Source of the DNA: Candidatus Lokiarchaeum ossiferum
Lineage (GTDB): Archaea; Asgardarchaeota; Lokiarchaeia; Sigyniarchaeales; Promethearchaeaceae
Assembly: GCA_025839675.1 (NCBI GenBank)
Contig: CP104013.1
Location: forward strand, 3,690,001 to 3,722,000
Direction of reading: 5' to 3'
Length of the DNA: 32,000 nt
Shown here: in pieces, positions 1-8,508 of the stretch
Layout: each line of letters starts with the position of its first letter
Numbering within the stretch: position 1 is the first letter of the stretch
Notes under the pieces: model-generated
Seen by the model: only the letters and a program-made list of their open reading frames with translations
Told to the model about the DNA's origin: nothing
Databases searched by the model: none
Position numbers and translations under genes: made by a program

Positions 1-820
1 ATCCTCCATCAAAAGTTATAATGTTTTTTCCATTATTTTGCACTCCACAAGCATTAACATAATAGACTGGAACAAATTGCGAGTTTAAATCTTTTTGAAG
101 TGATTGAATTCGATTATCACGCGCTTGTTCTTTTCCAAAGGTCCAAGGGGAAGAAGAGATATTAACTATGAAATCGGCTCCATTCCGAACCAAGGTTCCC
201 AGCGGGTTATAAGGAATTTGCCGGTTCTTATTATAAATTCTGGAATAATCTTCATACCACATATCCTCACAAATACTTAAACCAATATTGTAGTATTTAC
301 CATCCACAGACAACTTGAATGGTTGATAAGCTTTTTCGATAGATACGCCCATTTCCTGAACTAAATCTATGAAGGGGTAAAAATATCGTTTATCATCGAA
401 GTATCGATAATTGGGTAGAAGAGACTTAAAGGAAACTCCATTCGGAATTCCCAATGTGGAGTTTACGGGATGATTTATCGGTTGTTTGTTTTGAAAGATA
501 TATGCTGCATTATATTTTCGAAATCTCCCATCGGTATTTCGTTTCGATTTGTCAATGAAGATATTTCCATATATAAGAATAATTCCCTCGGATGCCTCCT
601 GTAAGATAGAATTGCATTCCATCAAATAGTCACACCATGATTCTTCTAACCAGACATCTCCGACCAGATACCCTCCCACAGCCATTTCGGGAAAAATTAT
701 CATATCTATTTGAGTACTTTTCGCTTGTTCAATCAATTCCAGCATTTTTTGGAGATTTTTTTCGGGACGACCCGCTTTAACATTTAATTGACATAACCCG
801 ATTTTCATTTTTTTATTCAT
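1..820 (-). CDS. nadE: Carbon-nitrogen hydrolase domain protein, N-terminal part only (ORF runs off the left edge). Best fit is the glutaminase domain of glutamine-dependent NAD+ synthetase.
   Basis: Reverse-strand ORF not in the supplied track because it is open at the edge. My translation from ATG 820 (alternative ATG 808) reads MNKKMKIGLCQLNVKAGRPEKN...DMIIFPEMAVGGY...LLPNYRYFDDKRYFY...GLSICEDMW. The FPE...K...CED Glu/Lys/Cys pattern is that of CN-hydrolases. The LPNYxxFDxxRYF stretch is typical of NadE glutaminase domains. The synthetase domain would lie outside the window, so the NadE assignment is unconfirmed. Confidence 0.6.
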   Translation of the reverse strand, partial: MNKKMKIGLCQLNVKAGRPEKNLQKMLELIEQAKSTQIDMIIFPEMAVGGYLVGDVWLEESWCDYLMECNSILQEASEGIILIYGNIFIDKSKRNTDGRFRKYNAAYIFQNKQPINHPVNSTLGIPNGVSFKSLLPNYRYFDDKRYFYPFIDLVQEMGVSIEKAYQPFKLSVDGKYYNIGLSICEDMWYEDYSRIYNKNRQIPYNPLGTLVRNGADFIVNISSSPWTFGKEQARDNRIQSLQKDLNSQFVPVYYVNACGVQNNGKNIITFDGG

Positions 821-981
821 ACATCCCTATTTTCCAAAGATTGATAGATATAAACGCCCCATCTGGTTAAAAAAATTTGGGATCGGATAGGAAAATTGGA
901 AATTGAGGGGAGATTAGGTACGGAGACTGATAATCATATTTATTACAGAAGTAGTAAATATCACTTGAGGAATAAATATTT

Positions 982-1407
982 ATGTCAAATGCAACAGTTA
1001 GCACCATTACAGCAACCCTTTCTACAATTTTGTTAATAATTGGGATGATATTTGTGATTCGGAAAATAATTACTAGGAAAACTCAGAAATCAAATTCTGA
1101 ACTATCTGCAATTAAATCAAAAAAAATTCTTTATAATCTTCACATGTCTACTACCGCTCTCGCCACGATCTTGGGATTTGTCCATGGGTTTACCGTTGAG
1201 ACAATTAATCAAACCTATGTTATCACCGGATGGATTTTGGGTTTTTCCATGATAGTGATGACAAGTCAAGGCATCTTTCTTGGATTTCAAAATAGATGGC
1301 ACCCATTTTCGGAAGAAGAAGATCAAAAATATAAATATAGTCGAATAATTAAATGGATTTTAACATTTATAATGATTATTGCCTTGGTTGGGCATTTCGT
1401 TTTCTAA
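982..1407 (+). CDS. Small integral membrane protein (about 4 TM), function unknown
   Basis: 141-aa ORF with four hydrophobic segments (TILLIIGMIFVI, ALATILGFVHGF, ITGWILGFSMIVM, ILTFIMIIALVGHFVF). His residues lie in or near TM2 and TM4. It is followed by a 15-T run. Confidence 0.6.
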   Translation: MSNATVSTITATLSTILLIIGMIFVIRKIITRKTQKSNSELSAIKSKKILYNLHMSTTALATILGFVHGFTVETINQTYVITGWILGFSMIVMTSQGIFLGFQNRWHPFSEEEDQKYKYSRIIKWILTFIMIIALVGHFVF

Positions 1408-1413
1408 GAATGG

Positions 1414-1428
1414 TTTTTTTTTTTTTTT
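1414..1428 (+). terminator. Oligo-T (T15) archaeal-type terminator after the 982-1407 gene
   Basis: Uninterrupted run of 15 T beginning 7 nt after the stop codon. Oligo-T tracts are the known archaeal termination signal. Confidence 0.6.
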
Positions 1429-1443
1429 CCCCACTGGAGATTT

Positions 1444-1803
1444 TTACTTCTTTTTTCTTTCCTCATTCTCCCTTTCTGCAATGATGTCTTCTGCCATATC
1501 TGGAAATAGTTTCCTTAAACATGAATCACAATAGCCATGACTGAACCCAGTATCCGTTTTCTCAGTAATGTATTGATCAATTTGCATCCACGCGCCTTCT
1601 TCGGTGAAAACACTTTTACAATTCGAGCATATCACTAAGAAGGATTTTAGAATCTTGATTTCTGAATTTTTTTTCTCCAATTCATCATTTAGCAATTGAA
1701 GATGTTGGTTTTTTTTATGTAAATCTCGTTGGACATTCACCAGCTCGTTATTAAGCTTCATAAGCTCGGTAAGATATTCTTCTTCAGTTTTTTTTGGCAT
1801 CAA
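1444..1803 (-). CDS. Coiled-coil protein with a C-terminal CxxC-x26-HGxCxxC (putative zinc-binding) module
   Basis: 119-aa ORF. Residues ~8-55 are heptad-like (LTELMKLNNELVNVQRDLHKKNQHLQLLNDELEKKNSEIKILK). The C-terminus reads VICSNCKSVFTEEGAWMQIDQYITEKTDTGFSHGYCDSCLRKLFPD. It lies 59 bp downstream of the B12-binding gene on the same strand. Confidence 0.75.
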   Translation of the reverse strand: MMPKKTEEEYLTELMKLNNELVNVQRDLHKKNQHLQLLNDELEKKNSEIKILKSFLVICSNCKSVFTEEGAWMQIDQYITEKTDTGFSHGYCDSCLRKLFPDMAEDIIAERENEERKKK

Positions 1804-1862
1804 GCAGTCATTCCTAAATCATCATTAGATGATCTTTAAAATATTGGAAAAAAAAGTAACGA

Positions 1863-2963
1863 TTATGACCCCTTTTTTATCAGTTCATCAGCAATCTGCA
1901 ATGCAGATTCAATGTCTTTGCCCATTCCATCAGCTCCCACTTCTTTCCATAAATTTTTATTTACCATGAATGGAAATCCACCAACCATTATTTTGATGTT
2001 TGGGTTCTTCGATTTACGAACATTATTAATCAAGCTAACCACTAAGGGGATATTTTGGAACATAGTTGCAGAAATACATAATAAGTCATGATGCTGTAAT
2101 TCTATAATCTGAATTAAATCCGGGGTTGGAGTGTTGGCTCCTAAATAATACGCATCCCATCCATGTAGTTCAAAAATATCTGTCATCAATCGCAATCCCA
2201 TTTCATGTAATTCTCCAGAGATGCATGTTGCGATCAGCGATTTTTCTTTCTTCTGGGGTGTAAAAATATGGAAGTATATCTTTGAAATCACCAATTGAGA
2301 TAAGGATGATGCATAGTGCTCTTGAGCTACTGAAATTTTATTGATCTGCCATAATCTCCCAATTTCATATTGTACTGGCGTAATTACTTGAAGAAATATA
2401 TCTTCAGCAGGAACTCCTTCTTCAAGTTTCGTCATAACTAATTCTATCAATTCATTTTTTTGATTTTTTAAGACTAAATCGAGATAATGTCTCGCCAAGT
2501 CATAATACTTTGTCCCTTCTTTAAGTACTGTTTCTTCTCCATCATAAGGTTCCTTCGTTTTTTCCTTTCCTAAACGTATATAATTTTCCAATTTCTTATG
2601 ATAAGAGACGGGAAGAATTCTTTTTAGTACTTCTTCTAGATATTCAAGGCTTTGGAGAAGGGTGTCTTTTGGAACTCCTCGATAAACAAGAAGCGATTGT
2701 AACCATCCAATATAGTGCGAGAAAGAATTGGGTACATTAAATTCCAATGATTCAATTAGATAAATAAGAGTACGTTTTACATCGCGAAAAGCGAGATCAC
2801 GGTCCAGTTTTGAAAAGGACTGCAATAATTGAGGATAATCTTTGTATTGCAACTCCAATATTTCTTGCGAAATTTGATTTAAATTTTGTAAATGCCCTTC
2901 TAAATATTGTGCGATAGATCCTTCTAATTTACTTTCGATGACAGTTGATTCCATTTCACTCAT
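1863..2963 (-). CDS. Cobalamin (B12)-binding sensor protein, CarH/AerR-like B12 module with an N-terminal all-helical domain and no DNA-binding domain
   Basis: 366-aa ORF. The four-helix-bundle region carries W205-x9-E215-H216 (GRLWQINKISVAQEHYASS). The Rossmann B12 domain carries E251-L-H253-E-M-G256, then 41 residues, S298-A-T300, 27 residues, G328-G329. This is the canonical (D/E)xHxxG-x41-SxL-x26-28-GG spacing. Confidence 0.85.
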   Translation of the reverse strand: MSEMESTVIESKLEGSIAQYLEGHLQNLNQISQEILELQYKDYPQLLQSFSKLDRDLAFRDVKRTLIYLIESLEFNVPNSFSHYIGWLQSLLVYRGVPKDTLLQSLEYLEEVLKRILPVSYHKKLENYIRLGKEKTKEPYDGEETVLKEGTKYYDLARHYLDLVLKNQKNELIELVMTKLEEGVPAEDIFLQVITPVQYEIGRLWQINKISVAQEHYASSLSQLVISKIYFHIFTPQKKEKSLIATCISGELHEMGLRLMTDIFELHGWDAYYLGANTPTPDLIQIIELQHHDLLCISATMFQNIPLVVSLINNVRKSKNPNIKIMVGGFPFMVNKNLWKEVGADGMGKDIESALQIADELIKKGS

Positions 2964-3367
2964 TTTTTTTGATTTTTATTATCAATATCTATTTGGTCAA
3001 ATTTAATTCGGTATATATGGAATATACTCGCTATATCCAATCCGAAACAAAATACAATAGTAAGAAAGTTCAATTGAACCTTAAAGAATTGTCATCTGCT
3101 AAAAAAAAATGAAAAATGTTGAATGTTTCCAACAATCTACTATTCGATAACCAAAAAAAGGGGTATTTGGTAGATCCTTTTGTTTACTTCTCATGTTTAC
3201 TCAAAGTATATAGGTTAAACCTATGTCGTTCAAATACTTTTTAATAAGAAATACCCATTGCCTCAATGAATATCAATAGAGAACCTTATTTTTAATGAAT
3301 TCCCTCCTGAAATGAAATCAATTTAGTACTAAATTTTAAAAACTTTCAAAATTCAATTTGAAATATT

Positions 3368-3955
3368 ATGAAAAGAATCTTACTTCTCTTGCCAGAAGGG
3401 TTTGAATTTCTTGAAGCCAGTGTGTTTATTGATGTCTTTGGTTGGAATCTCGTGGATGGAGATGGAACAACCAAACTATTTACTTGTGGAATGACCAAAG
3501 AGGTTACTAGTGCTTTTGATCAAAAATTAATTGTCGATTACTTGATTGAAGAAATAAATATGGATGATTTTGATGCACTCGCAATTCCTGGGGGATTTGA
3601 GCAATGCGGATATTATATTGACTCTTTCAAAGAACCGATACTGAACTTAATTCGGGAATTTCATTCGAAAGATAAATGGATTGCATCCGTTTGTGTTGCA
3701 GCTATTGTTTTAGGAAGAAGCGGAATCTTGAAGGGGAAAAAGGCTACGACCTATAATATGAACCCTGAAAGACAAGCAATGCTGTCCAAATTTGATGTAA
3801 ATGTTGTTCAAGAACCTATTGTAGTTGATGGAAAAATTATCACTTCGTGGAATCCCTCCACAGCTATGGATGTTGCACTCACTTTATTAGAATTTCTCAC
3901 GTCATTACAAAACGCAGCGTATATTCGAGAAATTATGGGATTTAAAAAAATTTAG
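3368..3955 (+). CDS. DJ-1/PfpI (ThiJ) family protein
   Basis: 195-aa ORF. MKRILLLLPEGFEFLE..., DALAIPGG, and the nucleophile-elbow-like WIASVCVAAIVLGRSGILKGKKAT match the DJ-1/PfpI class I glutamine-amidotransferase-like fold pattern. Confidence 0.8.
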   Translation: MKRILLLLPEGFEFLEASVFIDVFGWNLVDGDGTTKLFTCGMTKEVTSAFDQKLIVDYLIEEINMDDFDALAIPGGFEQCGYYIDSFKEPILNLIREFHSKDKWIASVCVAAIVLGRSGILKGKKATTYNMNPERQAMLSKFDVNVVQEPIVVDGKIITSWNPSTAMDVALTLLEFLTSLQNAAYIREIMGFKKI

Positions 3956-4015
3956 ACTCAAGTGAGGAAGATCTCGTTTAAATTCAGTATAAATAGTATT
4001 ATTTGGAGAAAAGAT

Positions 4016-4025
4016 AAAAAAAAAA
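4016..4025 (-). terminator. Oligo-T (T10 on the minus strand) terminator after the 1492-aa gene
   Basis: A10 on the plus strand equals T10 on the coding strand, starting 5 nt past the stop codon at 4030-4032. Confidence 0.5.
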
Positions 4026-4029
4026 TAAA

Positions 4030-7000
4030 TTATCTATCAAGTGGAACTATAATTCCTCCTCCTCCTCCACTCGGAGTCTTTAGCAGGGCAAAATTCTGTG
4101 CATAATTTGAGGTTGTGCTTGAAATTGTTGCAGATTTAGAAAGATACCCTGGTTTTGATACATATATGTTATATGAACTCGTTAAACCTGCATCAATCGT
4201 AACAGAATAATATCCATTACTTGATGTTAATACACTCGCAAGTTGAGAACCACTTGATGTTTTTATTCGTACTGAAGCCCTATATAAACCCGAACCGTAT
4301 TTATATGATACATATCCTCGGATGGTTATTTGACTGGTAGTTCTTAAGACAGTGTTATATCTACGACTTCCGGCATCTGCATCCACAGATTTTGTTTGTG
4401 TCTTATAGCCAGATTTAGAAATTCGCATTTGATAATTTCCATTCAATATCGATGGGAAATTTTTTGTAGCAAAGTAGCCTGAGCTCGCTGTCTGAACTGT
4501 TTGAAGAATAGTTCCTGATGGAGAGATAATCTCTACTTGTGCACTATAAATCTTACTTCCAATAATATTGCTAACATATCCATTATATGAAACAGGAGTT
4601 TTACAATAAACTGAAATAAAATCTAGTTCTACTTTCTGATGCCAATTTGTGCTCCAAGCATCGTTAAATCCCCACATTAATTTTACAGATCCTTGTCCTG
4701 GAATTAGCCCTTTACTTCTAAGTGTTGCTTCAGAAATGATAATAGAACGAGATTTCCATCCACTATCTTTACCACTTTCAAATCCATCCCCACCGTAATT
4801 AGTAGATCTATGTTCATAGTGTTGGAACACATTGAAACCTGAATTTGGATCTGTCGTTAATCCGACAGCAAAGTTTGTTACTGAGCTAGAAGCATAATTG
4901 GATGTGGCACGAATTTTGAAGTCAATTTGAATATCTCCACCACACCAATTACTTAAATCTATTGTATTATAAGTATATCCTTGGCGAGGTGAACTATATC
5001 CAGAGGATGTTTCCTCCATTTTCAGAGAGATATCAGTTTCAGATAGTGAATTCCGAGATGAAGTTCTTAAGGACCAACCACTTGTTGAATCTCCAAATTC
5101 ACTTAATAACAGCGATAAACTTCTATCATCTTTTACAAATATCCAATAAGTTTTTTCTTGAATGTTCCCAACTTTATCTCGAATAGATGTTGAGACATAG
5201 TATTCCCCTGTAGACAATGTGTTGAAGTCAAATTGTGCATAATAATGAGTCCAATCACTCGATATTGAAGAAATACTTCCCTTTTTACTCATTAATTCAT
5301 CACCAGTAGTGCTCATAATGGTGATTTGGAACCCATATTCAGAATCAATTCCCGAATCTATTCTATACGTTGTAGGATTCCCATTATTAAACTGAGGAAA
5401 ATAAACAACGGATTCAGCAGGATCACATACCATAAATCTCAATGTGGTTAATCCATATATTGGATGCGATGGATCAAGAGTTGATCCCAGCACAAATTCT
5501 TGTATACTCATTTCTTTTTCAATAACAGGAGCTATTGAATCAACAGGGTTTTCAATGTAAAAGCTTGCTGAATGTGTAGACTCCAATCCTGCATTATCTA
5601 ACGCGGTAAAATATATTTTATGCCATCCATTCTTTAACCCATAATATTCACGGGCATAATATAATCCCATATGAGCTTTCCATGATGCAAAATAATCTTC
5701 TGTTGCACTACCAGGTGTGACTGACATCTGTTCAATATATCCATGAACATCTGATTGATCATCATCTGAAGAATAAATTACCGGAGTTCTATATTCCACA
5801 GCTTTTATTTCAAAAGAATCATCACCCACCATTTTAAAATGAGATATTCCTGATTCACCATCTATCCATGGAGTCCAAATATAAACATCATCGAGTGTAA
5901 TAGCATCATATAATTCTTCGAACTCTTCACAATCTATATCCATAAGCATGTTTAAAGCAGATATCAGATTGTTACGTTTAACGGGATCTTCCCACATGCT
6001 ATAGCTAAATCCAAAGTACGGATCATAGTTATTTGTAGTAATCAAATAACTATACATCTGTTGATATAAAGCCTCGACTTTTTTGATACTATATTGAGGT
6101 AGAGCTACAGATAATGGATAAATCGTCCCATAACTATGTTCATCATTACCTTCTATTGAAATATAACTTCTAAAATCATCAATATGAAGTTTAAGTAAGT
6201 ATCGAACCATTACGGACTGTGATTTTTCAGGTAAATTTATTTCCGTTCTACCAACATAATTAGTTCCAGAATATGAATAACCACTCAATTGATCTCGAAA
6301 TTTTAATTTATTTGGTGCTGCATCAATACTAACTGTTACTTTCTTCACGCTCGAATCTGTGTTGTAAGTATTATGATCGTCTGTAGTCTCGAAGGTCAAA
6401 CTCTCCTCATCTCCTGATAATGGATTCACAAGCTTAATAAGTTCACAATCCAAACTCCCAACTTGAACAGATTCATCTGTTGTGAGATAATTTTGCCCTG
6501 TAGGGAGATTTGCATGAATTATTATATCACCAATTACTAAATCATTGGTTAAAGTTTGGGAATATATGTAATCCGTTGCTGGCATTGACACAAGATTAAT
6601 TGATGGTGTTTCTCTATCAAATGCTGATCCGGGTTCAATCTCTCCAACACCAGATAAAACTGATTTAATTAAAGGTGGAAGATCAAAGTTTACAAACTCG
6701 GTTATAGAAGGTCCAATTCTTGCTTGATTAGTATAATCCAACAGAATATTTCCAGGGTGAATATCAAGATCTACCTGTGGGGAACCATAAGGTAAGAACC
6801 AGAATTTTTCTTTACTCGATCCATCATGAGCAGTCCATATGTTTACTTCATAATTGGGGATCATCGGAATTTTCGATTCATAACTCGCAGAGATTTCTCC
6901 ACTGATTTTAGGATAATAGGCATATGCATTATCAATTCCAATTCCAAGAGTATCCCAAACAAGCAATGCTTGAACGGGCAATTCAATTCTTAAAAATACA

Positions 7001-8508
7001 TTTGCAGTAATTTTTCCAATTTTAATGTCCAACTCATATTCGTCCCAACCGACTTGGCCATAAACGCTTCCTAATACATTTGCACTCAATCCATCTCCAC
7101 CTAATTGGAATACTGAACTAATTCGGCCACCCATTTCTACAGGTAGCGTAACATTGGGAAGTTTATCCCATTTTTCTTTAAGATCTATACCTATTTCTCC
7201 CTTTATATATACATCTAATTTACCATACAATCGAAACCCTACAGGAATTCCCATTGCATAAGAACCGAAAGGTGCTTCTAGTACTTTATCTTCTCCAAAA
7301 GGACCTTCAGTTTTGACATACGCAATTAATTGGGAAGGATTTTGGTAATTATTATTGATTTCTATGCCAGTTAGATCATGTAAATTGTTTGGATTGGATG
7401 CATAATAGTCTAACAAAAATTCTAGGTTCATTTCTGCATCAATTCCAAAAGTTACTTCTACGGGTACACCCATAACAGTTATTTCTTGATCATATTCAAA
7501 TTCAATTCCAATCTTAATTGCAATAACATCCGCAAAAACATCAAAGTCAATAGCAGAATGTTCTGATGCTTTATAAGTATGAAATTCCCTGCCAATCCAA
7601 AATGAAATTTTTGTATAGTTGTTTACTTTGAAGTTACCACCAATTCCGACAGAAGAATCGAAGTACTGTTCAATATCGAAGTCTGCTGAATCCCCAACTA
7701 TGAGTTTAATTATTTCTTGGAGAAATGCAATACTCGGGTTTTGTGATGCTAGCTTGAAGAAATTTTCAAGTTGAGTGAATAAATCTTCAGCAGTTCTAAC
7801 AATATTGGATTTATAGTGCAATGTATCCATTTTTTCTATGGGATTTAGAATTCTTTCCATAAATTGGTTTTGATCTTCTTCTACAAAATCAACCGCTCTG
7901 TTCAATATTGCTTTGCTTTTGCCATAATTAATCGATTCAAAAGTTGTTCCTACACTCATGGAAACAACAATCGATGCAACCATTTGATCTACAGTTCCCT
8001 CATTTCCTATAATCGTCTTTTCTTTTGAATTATAATCCAATGTTGCTGAGTAGCAAGAAGCAAAATAATGAAATTGGGAACTACTTGCAAAAACATAATT
8101 TCTAACTATTTCCCATTCTAAAGTGAGCTGATCATCAATAATCAATCCATTTTCATCTCCATGGAAGAAATATATTACAATATAATGTTCATTAACTGTT
8201 TCTAAAACATTTTGTAGAGATTCACTAGAAGCTATTGGTATTGTTGTTAATTTCACCTCATCTCCTATTATTACGATGAAATTTGAAAGGCTTTTTTCAA
8301 TGATATTATCAAATTCTGTGTACAAACAGACTATTTCCATTGAATCCTGATCGCTATCTCCATAATTAACAGAATTATTAAACTCCATAAAATCAATTGA
8401 ATCTTCTTTATAAGATTCTTGATAACCAGAACTATACAGTCCAGGTATAATCATTGAAATAACGAACACGAGAATAATTGAATTTATAACAATTTTTTTC
8501 GTTTGCAT
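4030..8508 (-). CDS. Very large secreted or cell-surface protein. It has an N-terminal signal/anchor, a caspase-like His/Cys region, beta-rich middle domains, Ig-like 'DxxGN' modules, a jelly-roll-like domain and two C-terminal carboxypeptidase-regulatory-like (CarboxypepD_reg) repeats.
   Basis: 1492-aa uninterrupted ORF. N-terminus is MQTKKIVINSIILVFVISMIIPGLYSS. Ig-like modules read FTALDNAGLESTHSASFYI and SIRDKVGNIQEKTYWIFV. The C-terminal tandem repeats are YNGYVSN..SGYFAT..NGNYQMRISKSGYKT and IRGYVSY..NGYYSVT..SYNIYVSKPGYLS. The YV...G.Y.......Y.+..SK.GY pattern is typical of the CarboxypepD_reg fold. Confidence 0.85.
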   Translation of the reverse strand: MQTKKIVINSIILVFVISMIIPGLYSSGYQESYKEDSIDFMEFNNSVNYGDSDQDSMEIVCLYTEFDNIIEKSLSNFIVIIGDEVKLTTIPIASSESLQNVLETVNEHYIVIYFFHGDENGLIIDDQLTLEWEIVRNYVFASSSQFHYFASCYSATLDYNSKEKTIIGNEGTVDQMVASIVVSMSVGTTFESINYGKSKAILNRAVDFVEEDQNQFMERILNPIEKMDTLHYKSNIVRTAEDLFTQLENFFKLASQNPSIAFLQEIIKLIVGDSADFDIEQYFDSSVGIGGNFKVNNYTKISFWIGREFHTYKASEHSAIDFDVFADVIAIKIGIEFEYDQEITVMGVPVEVTFGIDAEMNLEFLLDYYASNPNNLHDLTGIEINNNYQNPSQLIAYVKTEGPFGEDKVLEAPFGSYAMGIPVGFRLYGKLDVYIKGEIGIDLKEKWDKLPNVTLPVEMGGRISSVFQLGGDGLSANVLGSVYGQVGWDEYELDIKIGKITANVFLRIELPVQALLVWDTLGIGIDNAYAYYPKISGEISASYESKIPMIPNYEVNIWTAHDGSSKEKFWFLPYGSPQVDLDIHPGNILLDYTNQARIGPSITEFVNFDLPPLIKSVLSGVGEIEPGSAFDRETPSINLVSMPATDYIYSQTLTNDLVIGDIIIHANLPTGQNYLTTDESVQVGSLDCELIKLVNPLSGDEESLTFETTDDHNTYNTDSSVKKVTVSIDAAPNKLKFRDQLSGYSYSGTNYVGRTEINLPEKSQSVMVRYLLKLHIDDFRSYISIEGNDEHSYGTIYPLSVALPQYSIKKVEALYQQMYSYLITTNNYDPYFGFSYSMWEDPVKRNNLISALNMLMDIDCEEFEELYDAITLDDVYIWTPWIDGESGISHFKMVGDDSFEIKAVEYRTPVIYSSDDDQSDVHGYIEQMSVTPGSATEDYFASWKAHMGLYYAREYYGLKNGWHKIYFTALDNAGLESTHSASFYIENPVDSIAPVIEKEMSIQEFVLGSTLDPSHPIYGLTTLRFMVCDPAESVVYFPQFNNGNPTTYRIDSGIDSEYGFQITIMSTTGDELMSKKGSISSISSDWTHYYAQFDFNTLSTGEYYVSTSIRDKVGNIQEKTYWIFVKDDRSLSLLLSEFGDSTSGWSLRTSSRNSLSETDISLKMEETSSGYSSPRQGYTYNTIDLSNWCGGDIQIDFKIRATSNYASSSVTNFAVGLTTDPNSGFNVFQHYEHRSTNYGGDGFESGKDSGWKSRSIIISEATLRSKGLIPGQGSVKLMWGFNDAWSTNWHQKVELDFISVYCKTPVSYNGYVSNIIGSKIYSAQVEIISPSGTILQTVQTASSGYFATKNFPSILNGNYQMRISKSGYKTQTKSVDADAGSRRYNTVLRTTSQITIRGYVSYKYGSGLYRASVRIKTSSGSQLASVLTSSNGYYSVTIDAGLTSSYNIYVSKPGYLSKSATISSTTSNYAQNFALLKTPSGGGGGIIVPLDR

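Noticed and set aside
3011-3027. Palindrome gtatat-atgga-atatac in the divergent B12-sensor / DJ-1 intergenic region, considered as an operator
   Set aside because: The arms are only 6 bp, all A/T plus one G:C, and do not extend. This is expected by chance in AT-rich DNA. It coincides with where a TATA box for the 2963 start would sit.
4054-4068. (GGA)5 / (TCC)5 microsatellite, considered as a phase-variation (contingency) tract
   Set aside because: The repeat unit is 3 nt, so slippage keeps the frame. It lies 8 codons from the stop, so it cannot switch the gene on or off.
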